Translations under genes and position numbers: made by a program | The notes under the pieces: model-generated | Databases searched by the model: none | What the model was told of the DNA's origin: nothing | What the model saw: only the letters and a program-made list of their open reading frames with translations | Shown here: piece after piece, positions 63,550 through 64,000 of the stretch | Numbering within the stretch: position 1 is the stretch's first letter | How the letters are laid out: each line of letters begins with the position of its first letter | IMG/VR virus record: IMGVR_UViG_3300032235_000792 | Direction: 5' to 3' (one strand) | Length of the DNA stretch: 64,000 nt | Origin: a virus

Positions 63550-63678
63550 TGAGGTTCCTTTCGTTAATTATAAAATCTGTCAAAGTAATTGATGTATAAA
63601 CTTAGTTGTTTATAGTAGAAACTATCACCTAACTCTAATTTTTTTAGAGTTAATAGAAGTCTAGATAGTGCCTTATCG

Positions 63679-63918
63679 TTATTCAAAAAGTACCTCAAGT
63701 CTCTTTAGTTGATCTTGGCTAATGTGGTTATCTAATTTAGTTACTTCATAATATGAACCGAAATCTTCATAATTAACACCAAAAATATGAGTTAGTCCGC
63801 CGTCTAAAACACCTAAAGTCATAAACTGACCATCATCGGAGCAGCTTATCATTTCAACTTTACCTGCTTTAATTAACTTTTTTAACTCTAAATATGACTT
63901 TAATTTAACTTTCTTCAT
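63679..63918 (-). CDS. Hypothetical protein
   Basis: GAGGG SD, 79 aa. Confidence 0.65.
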   Translation of the reverse strand: MKKVKLKSYLELKKLIKAGKVEMISCSDDGQFMTLGVLDGGLTHIFGVNYEDFGSYYEVTKLDNHISQDQLKRLEVLFE

Positions 63919-63959
63919 ATAACCCTCATATATTTATTATATGATCCGTTAATGTACAT

Positions 63960-63981
63960 GGGTATAATACTCAATATACCC
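63960..63981 (+). promoter_or_regulatory. GGTATAAT promoter within GGGTATA/TATACCC inverted repeat, divergent from the - strand block
   Basis: Motif match; downstream target lies outside the window. Confidence 0.5.
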
Positions 63982-64000
63982 GCCGGTAGCAGTGTCAGAG

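Noticed and set aside
63567-63583. Canonical sigma-70 promoter on - strand (TTGACA...TATAAT)
   Set aside because: The two hexamers are only 5 nt apart
1-64000. Stop-codon reassignment (TAG or TGA recoding as in some large phages)
   Set aside because: Conserved genes are full length in code 11; TAG, TGA and TAA all end genes exactly where the next gene or promoter begins
63975-64000. tRNA 5' end after the last promoter
   Set aside because: No D-arm consensus in the visible bases, and the window ends

Overview
Fragment of a large, AT-rich, lytic-type tailed phage genome (standard genetic code; no tRNA, CRISPR, integrase or IS seen). The + strand (1-48324) carries a 5'-truncated GroEL-like chaperonin, a recombination/replication set (gp46/SbcC, gp47/SbcD, RecA/UvsX, UvsY-like, gp32-like SSB, RuvC-like, DnaE with an N-terminal DEDDh exonuclease), PIN-PhoH, a SPO1/K-type head module (terminase, portal, prohead protease, scaffold, major capsid, neck protein), large modular head-associated proteins, and a fibre/decoration cluster ending in an AlkB-type di-iron membrane oxygenase. 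The - strand (48314-63918) is an accessory block with a MoxR-type AAA ATPase and vWA-metallopeptidase partner, a pyrimidine-dimer glycosylase, Pth2, a sigma-domain-2-only protein, a T4 gp42-like dCMP-modifying enzyme, a degenerate ThyX, dCMP deaminase and a UDG-superfamily protein. Three candidate systems stand out. (1) Gene expression: about 15 -10-only RGTATAAT promoters, a split sigma factor (sigma2-only plus a separate sigma4-like protein), a Gre-like protein, and translation gated by promoter-overlapping hairpins or leaderless starts. (2) Head maturation: a hydrophobic-x-Lys|Ser/Ala motif punctuates capsid, scaffold, protease and several polyprotein-like cargo proteins. (3) Cytosine modification: a gp42-like enzyme is paired with a pseudo-ThyX. 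All protein assignments come from motif recognition by eye, not database searches.
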